A stretch of 64,000 nucleotides of DNA from Mytilus edulis (lineage: Eukaryota): assembly GCF_963676685.1 (NCBI RefSeq), contig NC_092353.1:31558001-31622000 (forward strand), in the 5' to 3' direction. Made by a program: the position numbers and the translations under genes. The notes beneath the pieces were generated by a model. That model had not been told where the DNA came from. It made no database searches and was given only the letters and a program-made list of their open reading frames with translations. Below, in pieces: positions 1-11,300 of this stretch. Positions within the stretch are counted from its first letter, which is position 1. Each line of letters starts with the position of its first letter.

Positions 1-1869
1 AATCTCATTTGATCGTAATCAAGATATCAAATCAAATATTAACACTGCCTATATGGATAAAAATGCTTTGTCCAAATTTAAAAAAAAAAGTTTGTGCAAT
101 GTTCTTAGTTTTCATATTGTTTTTCTTTTTTTTCTTTAGATATCCTGCTGTTATTTTTTTTTTAATAATTTACAATTTCAAGTTTGAATCATTTTAATAA
201 AAATAACAAAAAATTGATACGCATTCAATGCCATTTCATAATTGTAGTTAAAAACATATAGATAATTTATCATCCATGCAATTGTACACAAAATAGTCTG
301 CTCTACGAAACCTGGTGAAATTGGGGTAATATGATGATGATTGGCAATACTTTCTTAAAGGTTAATTAACAATGAGGTTATAAAAATGATATATGATTTT
401 GTTTGTTCAATCATCAATGAAAGTGAAATAGTGAAATAATAATTCACTTTTTACAGCCAGTAAGATTCAGTTTTGTCTCAAACAGTCAAGAAACATCGCT
501 TATGAATTATTCACTTGTAAGTGAATTATTCAACCTCCTTGAATCCGTATTCATGTATCCCTCAATTCCACCCCTTAGCTAGTGATAGATTACGCATGAG
601 TTATGCTTGTTTCCGTTATTATAAGGAAGATATTGTCAACATTGAAGGTGAAACAAGGGTAAATAAAGGCAACAATATTATACCGCTGTTCGAAAGTCAC
701 AAATCGATTGAGAGAAAACAAATCCATGGAAACACATCAACTATAAGAGGAAAAGAACGAAAGAACAGAAACATTAAAGTACAACAAAAAAACAAACGAC
801 AATGTAACACAAAGAAACACACACACAGAAACTATTTGATTGTCTGAATTGATCCACAAAAACTCATTTCTATACAGGAAAATTTTTATTTAACATATAT
901 TTTAACCTATATTATGAAATCAAACAGACCTAGAAAAATTCAATTACACGAGTTCGCTATCAATTCATTTCTATGTTTATGTTTATATCGGGTAATATGA
1001 CCGTCGGTAGTCGTCGGAGGCCACCTCGACAGTAATTAGTTAATCACAACCATGAATTTGACCAGCGCAAATATGATCCTCTATTTTTTTTTATTAAAAG
1101 AGATATACTTGCTAGACCTTCAATCTATTACATATTGAATATATTAAAGAAATATTTGGAATATTTACATTTTATCTGTAATTATTTATGAACATGGAAA
1201 GATCAGGCCAAATGTAGAATAACAGGCTAAAAATCGACTTACCATTAGCGAAAACATGCATCTTCCGTTTGTTCATAGGTTGTTAATCAACAAAAACTAC
1301 GACCTAGCTAGAACAATAAACATGATCAAATGAAATAACTTTATAAATTTCTCTCTGATAATCAAAGTGTGATTGTTTATCATTGTCATGGTCAGATCTC
1401 ATTTGGAAATTAACTGCCAAAATTAACAAATAAGGTCAAACGGTGTTGTCTAAGAAAAAAATATCTTACATTTTGTAATCCCATTTGCTTTTGGAAATAA
1501 ATGTTGTTAATTCCAGATCATTTAAATATCTTGAAGTTGATAATCGATCTAAGTTATTCTCTGTTAATTTTTTCAAACTGACCTCCCCGATGCAAGTTAC
1601 AAACGGGAAAATGAAGCCCATGAATCAAAGGCAACCAGACAAGACAACAACAGAACAAATAGTGCACAATTCGCAAAACACTTTGTAGACATCTTAAGAT
1701 TATGCTACATATACGTGTATAATTGTTGGATTACTATCTTGTTAACATTTACTACTCACCTCGTGTTGTTTATATAGTAAGGTACTTGATTGACATAAAG
1801 CATGTTATCATATTCATACAAGTCTTAACAAAACGTACAATTATTTCTTAAACTCATTTTATTAATTTT

Positions 1870-2078
1870 TTACATTGGTGCTTCACATAAAAGTTTATAA
1901 CGAGATTCACACACACTGCTATTCCATTTCCGGTTACGTAGATCAAGGCATCGTTTTTCATGTTTCACAGCAAATGACCTCCCACGGTTGTCATCAAGCT
2001 TTATAGAAGCATCGTTTATCCAGCGCCAATGATGGAAGTTAACATTGAAATGTGCACCCAGCCAAACACGTTCAGACC
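1870..2078 (-). CDS. Second terminal C-type lectin exon (candidate alternative last exon 8b of gene B)
   Basis: Acceptor tttttgaag| in phase 1 reads (W)SERVWLGAHFNVNFHHWRWINDASIKLDDNRGRSFAVKHEKRCLDLRNRKWNSSVCESRYKLLCEAPM*. It has the WLG, WxW, C, W..C and LCE CTLD motifs, with AATAAA just after the stop (1863-1858). Confidence 0.75.
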
Positions 2079-2487
2079 CTTCAAAAACCATAATACATTA
2101 ACGTATAACATAAGCAGAATTCATTGTTCAATGCAATGTTTTTATTGACATATCACTCTATGCAATATTTCAATTTTGATCTAAAAAATATCAAAATTAG
2201 TTGATTATTAGTTAATTAACTCTTATCATTATTTTCATTGTTTTTCGAATGACTGCTTTGTCAGCTTAAGACATCATGACTAGAAGATGAACGCGAAATC
2301 GCGGTACAATTAGGCAAGTGTTAATATAAAGAGTTTTAAATTTCACGGACAGTACGTCGACTGAGCATGCGCGAAAGCGTAAAAGTCGGACCGATAATGT
2401 CTCCGAAATTGGATATATTTTCTAAACTTGGCGTATTCTGTGGGAAAAATAGTTTCAAAATCTATGATGAGTTTATTCATATCTTAA

Positions 2488-3208
2488 GGTTCCATTAAAG
2501 TCAAAATATAGGACACCTCATAAACAGCTAAACTTTGCCTGTATTTTTCAACCTATAACGAATAAAGTCATAAACTATGAGAACATATGTTCATTTAAAC
2601 ATACTTAACATATACACACTGTGTAAACTGTAAATAAACTTGCAATTGTTATGTTGTGGCCAAACCGGTTCTTGGGGTGAACACTAAATTTTCAAAAAAA
2701 TCTGGAGGCCTGCAAGACGACTTATTTTGTTTAGAATTGGTATGGACGAATACTGTTATATCTAATACAGGGCAAGCTCATGTTGATTTTTTTATAAAAT
2801 GTATTGATTATCGAGTTTCAGTTAATTTCATGTATCTAAGTGAACGAATATCGAAGGTACAATACAGAAATTGGACAGATATGCCTTTAAAACATATGTA
2901 TGTGACAAATCAACATGAGCTTGCCCAGCATTACATGTAACAGTATTCGTCCATACCAATTTTAAGCAAATTAATTCGTCTCGTAGGCCTCCAGATTTTT
3001 TTGAAAATTTGGTGTTCACCCCAAGAACCGGTTTGGCCACAACATAACAATTTCAAGTTTATTTACAATTTACACAGTGTGTATATGTAAGGTATGTTTA
3101 AATGAACATATGTTCTCATAGTTTATGACTTTATTCATTATAGGTTGACAGATACAGACAACGTTTAGATGTTTATGAAGTGTCTTATATTTTGACTTTA
3201 CTGGAACC
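2488..3208. mobile_element. MITE with ~300-bp TIRs and TTAA target-site duplication (Kolobok-like by termini)
   Basis: TTAA|GGTTCCA...TGGAACC|TTAA. Arms ~2488-2790 and ~2907-3208 are reverse complements, which is why the two ORFs at 2656(+) and 3040(-) have nearly the same translation. Confidence 0.85.
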
Positions 3209-3939
3209 TTAAGATGGTCTTTGCAGAATTAGAAAGTTGAAATGAGTTGTACTTTTTTTATCCGCACAGAAAAGAGTTCGAAATGCCAAAATATATATTA
3301 AAAAGTCTTATCTTTATCCAAATGCACTAGCATTTTTGTGGTTTCATCTAAAAAATGACCATGCATTTTAAATAATCTTATTCATAAATTGGTTGGTCTC
3401 GACTGAGCATTTGCATTTGGTTTTCTTGAATTATTCATTTACTTTTTTTTGTCAGACTGATGATTGTGATTAGAACACAAGTTGGTTGGGTGTTCAATGT
3501 GTCGATGTAGACTTGTCAGTTAGTATATTGAATGTCCAGCAATACCGATTTCCAAGTCTAACTTAACTTGAGACTTGTACTAAATGCATAATATGTTAAA
3601 GTTGCATAGTTTATAGACAATTTTGATACACAATAATAAACCAATTGGAACATCAACGTTTGCTAGACAATACATTTATTAAACTTAATGAATATGTTGT
3701 AGAGCAAAACGTCAATTGTGTTGATTTTAGTTCCGGTGTATATGTTTTTTTGTTTTTTTGTTTTTTTTTTAAATCAATACGATTCTTCACAAAATAAGAT
3801 TTTTCATGACCAACAATTAAAAAAATGTATACTAGTAGCTAAGTTTCCAATGTTTGTAAAACACGCTCTTTTCAATGAAACAATGGAGTCTATTCTATAT
3901 TCAAATACAAAAAAATCCAGTTGTTGATGATTTTGTTCC

Positions 3940-4340
3940 AATTGGTGAAGTTGAAATCATCCCTTCGTGAATTTTACGAACGCTATCACAATTTAGTTGA
4001 CTGTTATGGAATAACCGTTTCACAGATTATATCGGATATGTTCCTTGTGTCGACACTAAAATTCCCTTCCCTTTTCACGAATGTGACCTACCGAATTTGA
4101 CTATTTACCGGATTTGTAATAAAATGAGCAACATGACGGATGCCACACGTGGAGCAGGATATGCTTACCCTTCCGGAGCACCTGAGATCACCCCCAGTTT
4201 TTGGTGGGGTTCGTGTTGCTTAGTGTTTAGTTTTCTATGTTATGTCTTGTGTACTATTATTTGTCTGTTTGTCTTTTTCTTCTTGGCGTTTTCAGTTTAT
4301 TTTCGATCTATGAACTTTGGTATCTTTCGCCCCTCTTTTA
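3940..4340 (+). mobile_element. 3' fragment of Penelope-like retroelement (RT end + 3' UTR)
   Basis: Closely matches the reverse complement of 39804-40215 (ATGGTGAAGTTGAAATCATCCCTTCGT...GGAGCAGGA.TGCTTACCCTTCCGGAGCACCTGA...GGTATCTTTCG). Confidence 0.8.
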
Positions 4341-5153
4341 CACCGATCGGAATATTTGAAATAAAGCATGTGACAAAATTGACAATCTTAAGTTTCTTCA
4401 CAAAATATTGAATGCTAATTTTGAAATTGTTGTTGAATGGCGTCCATAATTAAAACTTAAACATTTCTTTATTTCTTTTAAAACAAGGTTTGTTTTGAGT
4501 TATGCAGAATTGTTCACGTTTTTATTTCCCAGTCATTGTTAAAGTTCACATAAGACATTTGGGAAGCAACTATTTCATTCAAATTTTTAAAGTCTGTTTT
4601 CGAGCTTTTCTTGTAAAATAAGTTATTTACTACTGTTAGGCAGCGCATCGACGAAATGCTTCAAATGCAACACACTGGAAATTATTCAAGGCAATGTAGG
4701 AGTATATCTAGTAGATCTAAAACTATTCACAGATCATTCAGTAGAAAATACGACATAAAAAGTAATGGGAGATTGTACAGCAGCAAAATGATTTAAATGG
4801 AAAGTGGCGTCCGTTCGCTGGCATACAACAGTGGGAGAAGATACAAAAGTGGTTATCAAAAATCATAAGTACAATAAAACACCATGATAAGAAAAAGACG
4901 AAAAAAAAACCCAAACGAACATAACAAAAAAATATAGAAAAAAAGAAGGATGAGTAAAAGCATACACACAAGTTTGTTTCGAAACTGCTTCGATAGACCT
5001 GTATTAAATTTGCCCGGATGCCTCCGAAAAAACAACTGAAAAAATGTAAACCACTAATAAAACGAAGCTACGTGCGCAAACACCGAATTCTATTTAAATC
5101 AAAATCACAAATATGAAAAGAAATTAAAAAAAATGTACTTTCTTTATTTTTAT

Positions 5154-5371
5154 TCAATGACTCCATGTTTCACATAGATGTTTGTACTCAGTACTACAAG
5201 GTCTACTTCTCCATTTGTCGTCGATAAGAGCCATACATTGATGGTAATTGGGTTCCGAATGCGAATGCCAATGAGAGTCATCTCTATGTATATGCCCGTG
5301 GCTGTCGGTAATCCATTGCCATTCATGTTGACCCTGGATGTAAGACCCACCAAGCCAAACAGCATCATGGT
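5154..5371 (-). CDS. Gene B exon 8a (CTLD C-terminal half, EPN)
   Basis: ttttgaag|AC CAT GAT GCT GTT TGG CTT GGT ... GAA CCC AAT ... CTA TGT GAA ... TGA, followed by AATAAA. This frame is not in the ORF track. Confidence 0.88.
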
Positions 5372-8300
5372 CTTCAAAATATAATTCATGTATTTATAAA
5401 TTAATGTATCTTAATCATTCAATGTATTCGTATTTCGTTTACATAATTACTCAAGTTCTGATTTTAACTTCAAAAGGTTTTCTATTCAAATAAAAAAAAT
5501 TAGGGATATCACCGTGATGCGGACTAATCTTTAGTTTCATCAACTTTCATGGAATATAACAGTAAATTTTAACAGATTTTTAGAGAAACAAGTTTTAGTC
5601 CTCCCTGATTTAAATATTTAAACAAATATTTAGTATCTGTAGAAAATGTACTTAAAACGGAATAGGACATTCTAAATTTTACGGTGATGTTGTCAGTGTC
5701 CTTAATTGAATTGATTCATATTTTACATGTCGGGGCAAATTATAGCTGGATTTGAACTTTGGTGGTAGATAGTTATCTCATTGACAATCATATCTCATTC
5801 CTTTTTTTCCATATATTTATAACGTATGCTACTTCTTCTGGTTTGGGTTGACATACACTGATTTGCCGTGACTACCCTGTTTTCAGCCATCCAATTACAA
5901 AAAAAAATATTGTTGGAAAAATGTATCTTATTACACAGAACGTTTACTGATACTGAATTCTGTAATCCGGCCACATATTGATTGTTATAATCTATAAGAA
6001 GCTGTTGGTGTTTCACTTTCGTGGAATTATATTTTATTGAGTTAAGAAAATTGTTTAACGGGTACTAAAGGAACATGTTTCTTATTGTATTATTATCCTT
6101 TGTATTCATACATCGTCCATCAGCGGCTATTTCAGGAAACAATTTTATAGATATCAATATCAAGTTAAGAGTAATTATCGCAACGTACAATAGACTACTG
6201 CTCAAAATAAAAATAAAAATCTTACATTTGTAGATGTTCCGAAGAAATTTAACAAGGGCTACATGTTCTGCGTCGGAACTAAAGACAGCCATATGCATAT
6301 GGTGTTCTTTACACGGATCCTGAAATAAAAATATAACGTTATTTTGTTCTGTATAGATTTTAGATACACATTGTAAAGGAATGTACAAAATGAAGTATTT
6401 ATCAAGAAATTAACTGAAGTAAACTTTTGTTTCTTGTATTTCGTTGGTTTTTCCTGTTTCAATTGTTTAAAACACTAGTCAATTTGAAACCATTTATAGA
6501 TTGATTTTTCGGTGTGTGCCAAGACTCCTTGTCAAAGGTCGTACTCTGAGTTATGATTGTCAACTTTTTATACATGTGACTTGGATAGAGAGTTGTCTCA
6601 ATGGCACTTATATCACATCTTCTTATTTATATTAATTATATTTAGTATTTATTTATCTATTTATTTATTACATAGCTTTGATATAGCGCCTATCTAATAA
6701 ACATACTACTCTAAGCGTTTAACATATAAAATTGAAGGAAAATATATATCACAATGCATACAATAATAGCAATTATATATATATATGAACATAAGAATAA
6801 AACAGAAATTAAATAGAACAAGAATGTGTCCCCAGTACACGGATGCCCCACTCGCACTATCATTTTCTATGTTCAGTGGACCGTGAAATTGGGGGTAAGA
6901 ACTCTAATTTGGCATTAAAATTAGACAAACCATAACATAAGGAACATGTATACTGAGTTTCAGGTTGATTGGACTTCAACTTCATCAAAAAATACCTCGA
7001 CCAAAAACTTTAACCTGAAGCGGGACAGACGAATGAACGAACAGACGGACGGACGGACGAACGAACGGACGAACGGACGCACAGACCAGATAACATAATG
7101 CCCCTCTAATATCTTAGGTGGGGCATAATAATGATGTAAATTAAGAGCATTGAAAGGGGAAATATATATCACAATAAATACCATAAAAACATATTAAATA
7201 TAACAGTCAATCAAAAATTAAATAAAATAATATATTCTTAGGTTTTGTCTGTAATACCGATTTTTTTAAAATTCAATGCTTCAATTGGTTTAATTTTGAT
7301 TGTATGTTGTTCTTGCTTTGTCCTATAAATCAAGCGTTGAGTACTAAATCGCCAAATTCAATTTACCTGTTCAAAGCCAGGAATTTTGTAAGTGGTGTGA
7401 CGATGCCGTCTTCTCATATTTTGTTGTATTATTAAAAAGGAATGCATATATCAAGGGAACACTAAGAAAACCATACAAAGAATAAGATAACACCATGGTT
7501 ATAAAAGATGAATGGATAAACAATAGTCCCCAAAAAACCAAACAGTTCAGTTCAAAGAAAACAGGGTGTGAACCCATTTGAGACAATCAGAGGGTAGTTG
7601 ACTGCTAGCCAAAATCAGACTAAGAGTCGCAATAAAAGAAGACAGAAACAGATTTTGTTATGAAAGAGAAAAGATTCAAAATATCCGTGTCATCTGTAAC
7701 TTTTAATAATGAAAAAAATGAAAACAAAGAAGTAAATAGAAACACTTTAATAATTTCGAGCGTCCTAAACGATTTTCTTGATTGACTTTCTTAATCACGG
7801 TCGTTCAAACCTGAACATTTGAAAACGTGGAATGTATGAACCCATAACATTAATAGGGGCTAAACGACCTGAAGGGGCTTAAAGAAATAGCGGCCCCGGT
7901 AAACTTTGCCTAAGAGATTTTGAATCTTGTTACTAAGTTATTTAATAATTTTCAACAAATATATTCAAAATAACATATATTATAAACCATGCATGATAGC
8001 ACTGTCAACTGAGCTTACGATACACTTCGAGACAAGAAGTGCACTAGCAATACAAGTGGTATCGACACAATACTAGTATATAAAACATTTTCTACACATT
8101 TCATGCGTCTGAATCTCTTTTCTGGATTTACCTTCAGCAGGCTTTAAGCACTCACACACAAATATTTAACTTCCCACGATATATAAATACTTGGCATGTG
8201 TTTATTATTTGTAATTGGTTTTGAACCAATTTTTTTTTTGCTTAGTGTCAAACTGGTGAGTCAAACCATTTTTTAATTATTTCTGAAGTTTGTTCTCATG

Positions 8301-11300
8301 TTTTACTGTGTCATCATTATCTGCGGTTAGATGATGCCTGAGCCAGCACAAAAAGGTTTAACTCCACATAATTATATATGTGCCTCTCTCAAGTAAGAAG
8401 TCTGTATTTCTTGGTTCGGGTCTGATATATCTGGTTTTCGTTTAATTTCACGTAAATCAGGACGTCGATTGTTCGTTGAAAATGTGTCTCATTTTATCAT
8501 ATGGGGCCTTTGATAGTTGACCTTGCTTAAGGGAATGTTATTTATATTATATATTTGTTGATAATTACACTAGTTTCCATAGTTTCCTTCATAGGTTGCA
8601 CTTTGCAAATACAGCTGTTTCTCAAACCACGCATCTTTTGGGGAGATATACAATATTCAATGATAATTTGAATTGTTGACATACTGGTTCCCATATATGA
8701 TCTCTTTGTTTCATCTCATAGAAACATAACTTGAGACAGTTACCAGTATAAAAGCATACTATTGCGGTGAGTAAGTAGGCAAAAAGTAAAGGAAGGGGTG
8801 GTTCACAATTTTAGTGTAAGTTTAAACACTTACAAGTTCTGGGCATTTAATGTTGAAAAAATGCCGTATGTTGTGACATTTGAATAGAATAGTAGTGCAT
8901 ATCAACTTTCTATTCTAGGATATAATTGGTTCCTTTTTCCTTTTTCCTTTTTCGATATTCAAATTTTGAAAAATATTACAAGTCCAAACTAAAAATTTGT
9001 TTTCCTTCAAAAATTTTTTTCCTCAGAATTTTTTTTTCCTCAAATTTTTTTTCCTCAAATTTTTTTTTTTCCTCAAATTTTTTTTTCCTCAAAATTTTTT
9101 TTCCTCAAATTTTTTTTTCTCAAATTTTTTTTCCTCAAAATTTTTTTTCCTCAAATTCTTTTTTCCTCAAAAAGTTTTTCAATTTTTTTTTTTCGTTTCC
9201 TTATTCGGTTTCTTTTTCCTTATTCGGTTTTCATTTCCTTATACAGTTTCTATTTCCTTATTCGATTTCCATTTCCTTATTCGATTTTCATTTCCTTATT
9301 CAGTTTCTTTTTCCTTTTTCAATGTTTATTTCCTTTTTCAGTTTCTATTTCCTTATTCGGTTTCTATTTCCTAATTGGATTTTCATTTCCTTATTCGATT
9401 TCCATTTCCTTATTCGATTTCCATTTCCTTATTCGGTTTCTATTTCCTTATTCGGTTTCTATTTCCTTATTCAGTTTCCATTTCCTTATTGGATTTTCAT
9501 TTCCTTATTGGATTTTCATTTCCTTATTGGATTTTCATTTCCTTATTCGGTTTCTTTTTCCTTATTCGGTTTCTATTTCCTTATTCAGTTTCCATTTCCT
9601 TATTGGATTTTCATTTCCTTATTGGACTTTCATTTCCTTATTCGATTTCCTTTTTCGATATTCAAATTTTGAAAAAAATTACAAGTCCAAACTGAATTTT
9701 TTTTTTCCTTCAAAATTTTTTTCCTCAAATTTTTTTTTCCTCAAAATTTTTTTCCTCAAAATTTTTTTTTCCTCAAAATTTTTTTTTTTCAAAATTTTTG
9801 TTTTCCTCAAATTTTTTTTTCCTCAAAAAGTTTTTCAAATTTTTTTTTTTCGTTTCCTTATTCGGTTTCTCTTTTCTTATTCGATTTTCATTTCCTTATA
9901 CAGTTTCTATTTCCTTATTCGATTTCCATTTCCTTATTCGATTTTCATTTCCTTATTCGGTTTCTTTTTCCTTTTTCAATGTTCATTTCCTTTTTCGGTT
10001 TCTATTTCCTTATTCGGTTTCTATTTCCTTATTTCCTTATTCGGTTTCTATTTCCTTATTTCCTTATTCGGTTTCTATTTCCTTATTGGATTTTCATTTC
10101 CTTATTCGATTTCCATTTCCTTATTCAATTTCCATTTCCTTATTCGGTTTCTTTTTCCTTTTTCAATGTTCATTTCCTTTTTTGGTTTCTATTTCCTTAT
10201 TGGGTTTCTGTTTTCTTATTGGGTTTCTATTTCCTAATTGGGTTTCTATTTCCTTATTGGATTTTCGTTTCCTTATTCGATTTCCTTTTCCTTATTCCAT
10301 TTCCATTTCCTAATTCGGTTTCTTTTTCCTTTTTCAATATTCATTTCCTTTTTCGGTTTCTATTTCCTTATTCAGTTTCTTTTTCCTGATTCAGTTTCCA
10401 TTTCCTTATTGGATTTTCATTTCCTTATTGGATTTTCATTTCCTTATTCGGTTTCTTTTTCCTTATTCGGTTTCTATTTCCTTATTCAGTTTTCATTTCC
10501 TTATTGGATTTTCATTTCCTTATTGGACTTTCATTTCCTTATTCGATTTCCTTTTTCGATATTCAAATTTTGAAAAATATTACAAGTCCAAACTGAATTT
10601 TTTTTTTCCTTCAAAATTTTTTTCCTCAATTTTTTTTTTTCTCAAATTTTTTTTTTCATTAAAAATTTGTTTCCTCAAAATTTTTTTTTTCCTCAAATTT
10701 TTTTTTCCTCAAAAAGTTTTTCAAATTTTTTTCTTCGTTTCCTTATTCGGTTTCTCTTTCCTTATTCGATTTTCATTTCCTTATACAGTTTCTATTTCCT
10801 TATTCGATTTCCATTTCCTTATTCGATTTCCATTTCCTAATTCGGTTTCTTTTTCCTTTTTCAATATTCATTTCCTTTTTCGGTTTCTATTTCCTTATTC
10901 GGTTTCTATTTCCTTATTCAGTTTCTATTTCCTTATTGGATTTTCATTTCCTTATTGGATTTTCATTTCCTTATTCGGTTTCTTTTTCTTATTCGGTTTC
11001 TATTTCCTTATTCAGTTTCCATTTCCTTATTGGATTTTCATTTCCTTATTGGATTTTCATTTCCTTATTCGGTTTCCATTTCCTTTTTCGATATTCAAAT
11101 TTTGAAAAATATTACAAGTCCAAACTGAATTTTTTTTTTCCTTCAAAATTTTTTTCCTCAAAAAGTTTTTCAAATTTTTTTTTTCGTTTCCTTATTCGGT
11201 TTCTTTTTCCATATTCGATTTTCATTTCCTTATTCGGTGTCTATTTCCTTATTCGATTTCTATTTCCTGATTCGATTTTCATTTCCTTATTCGGTTTCTT

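Noticed and set aside
2656-3040. Pair of near-identical ORFs (MAKPVLGVNTKFSKK...) on opposite strands
   Set aside because: Produced by the MITE's inverted repeats; no recognisable domain.
5150-5389. ORF-track proteins 5150-5389(-), 5178-5384(+) and 32495-32785(+)
   Set aside because: Wrong frame or antisense shadows of the real CTLD exons.
7368-7418. Minus-strand MRRRHRHTTYKIPGFEQ|gtaaat as an alternative first exon splicing to exon 7
   Set aside because: Phase-compatible, but it has no counterpart in gene A and no signal peptide, and the true exon 6 homologue is at 20562-20456.
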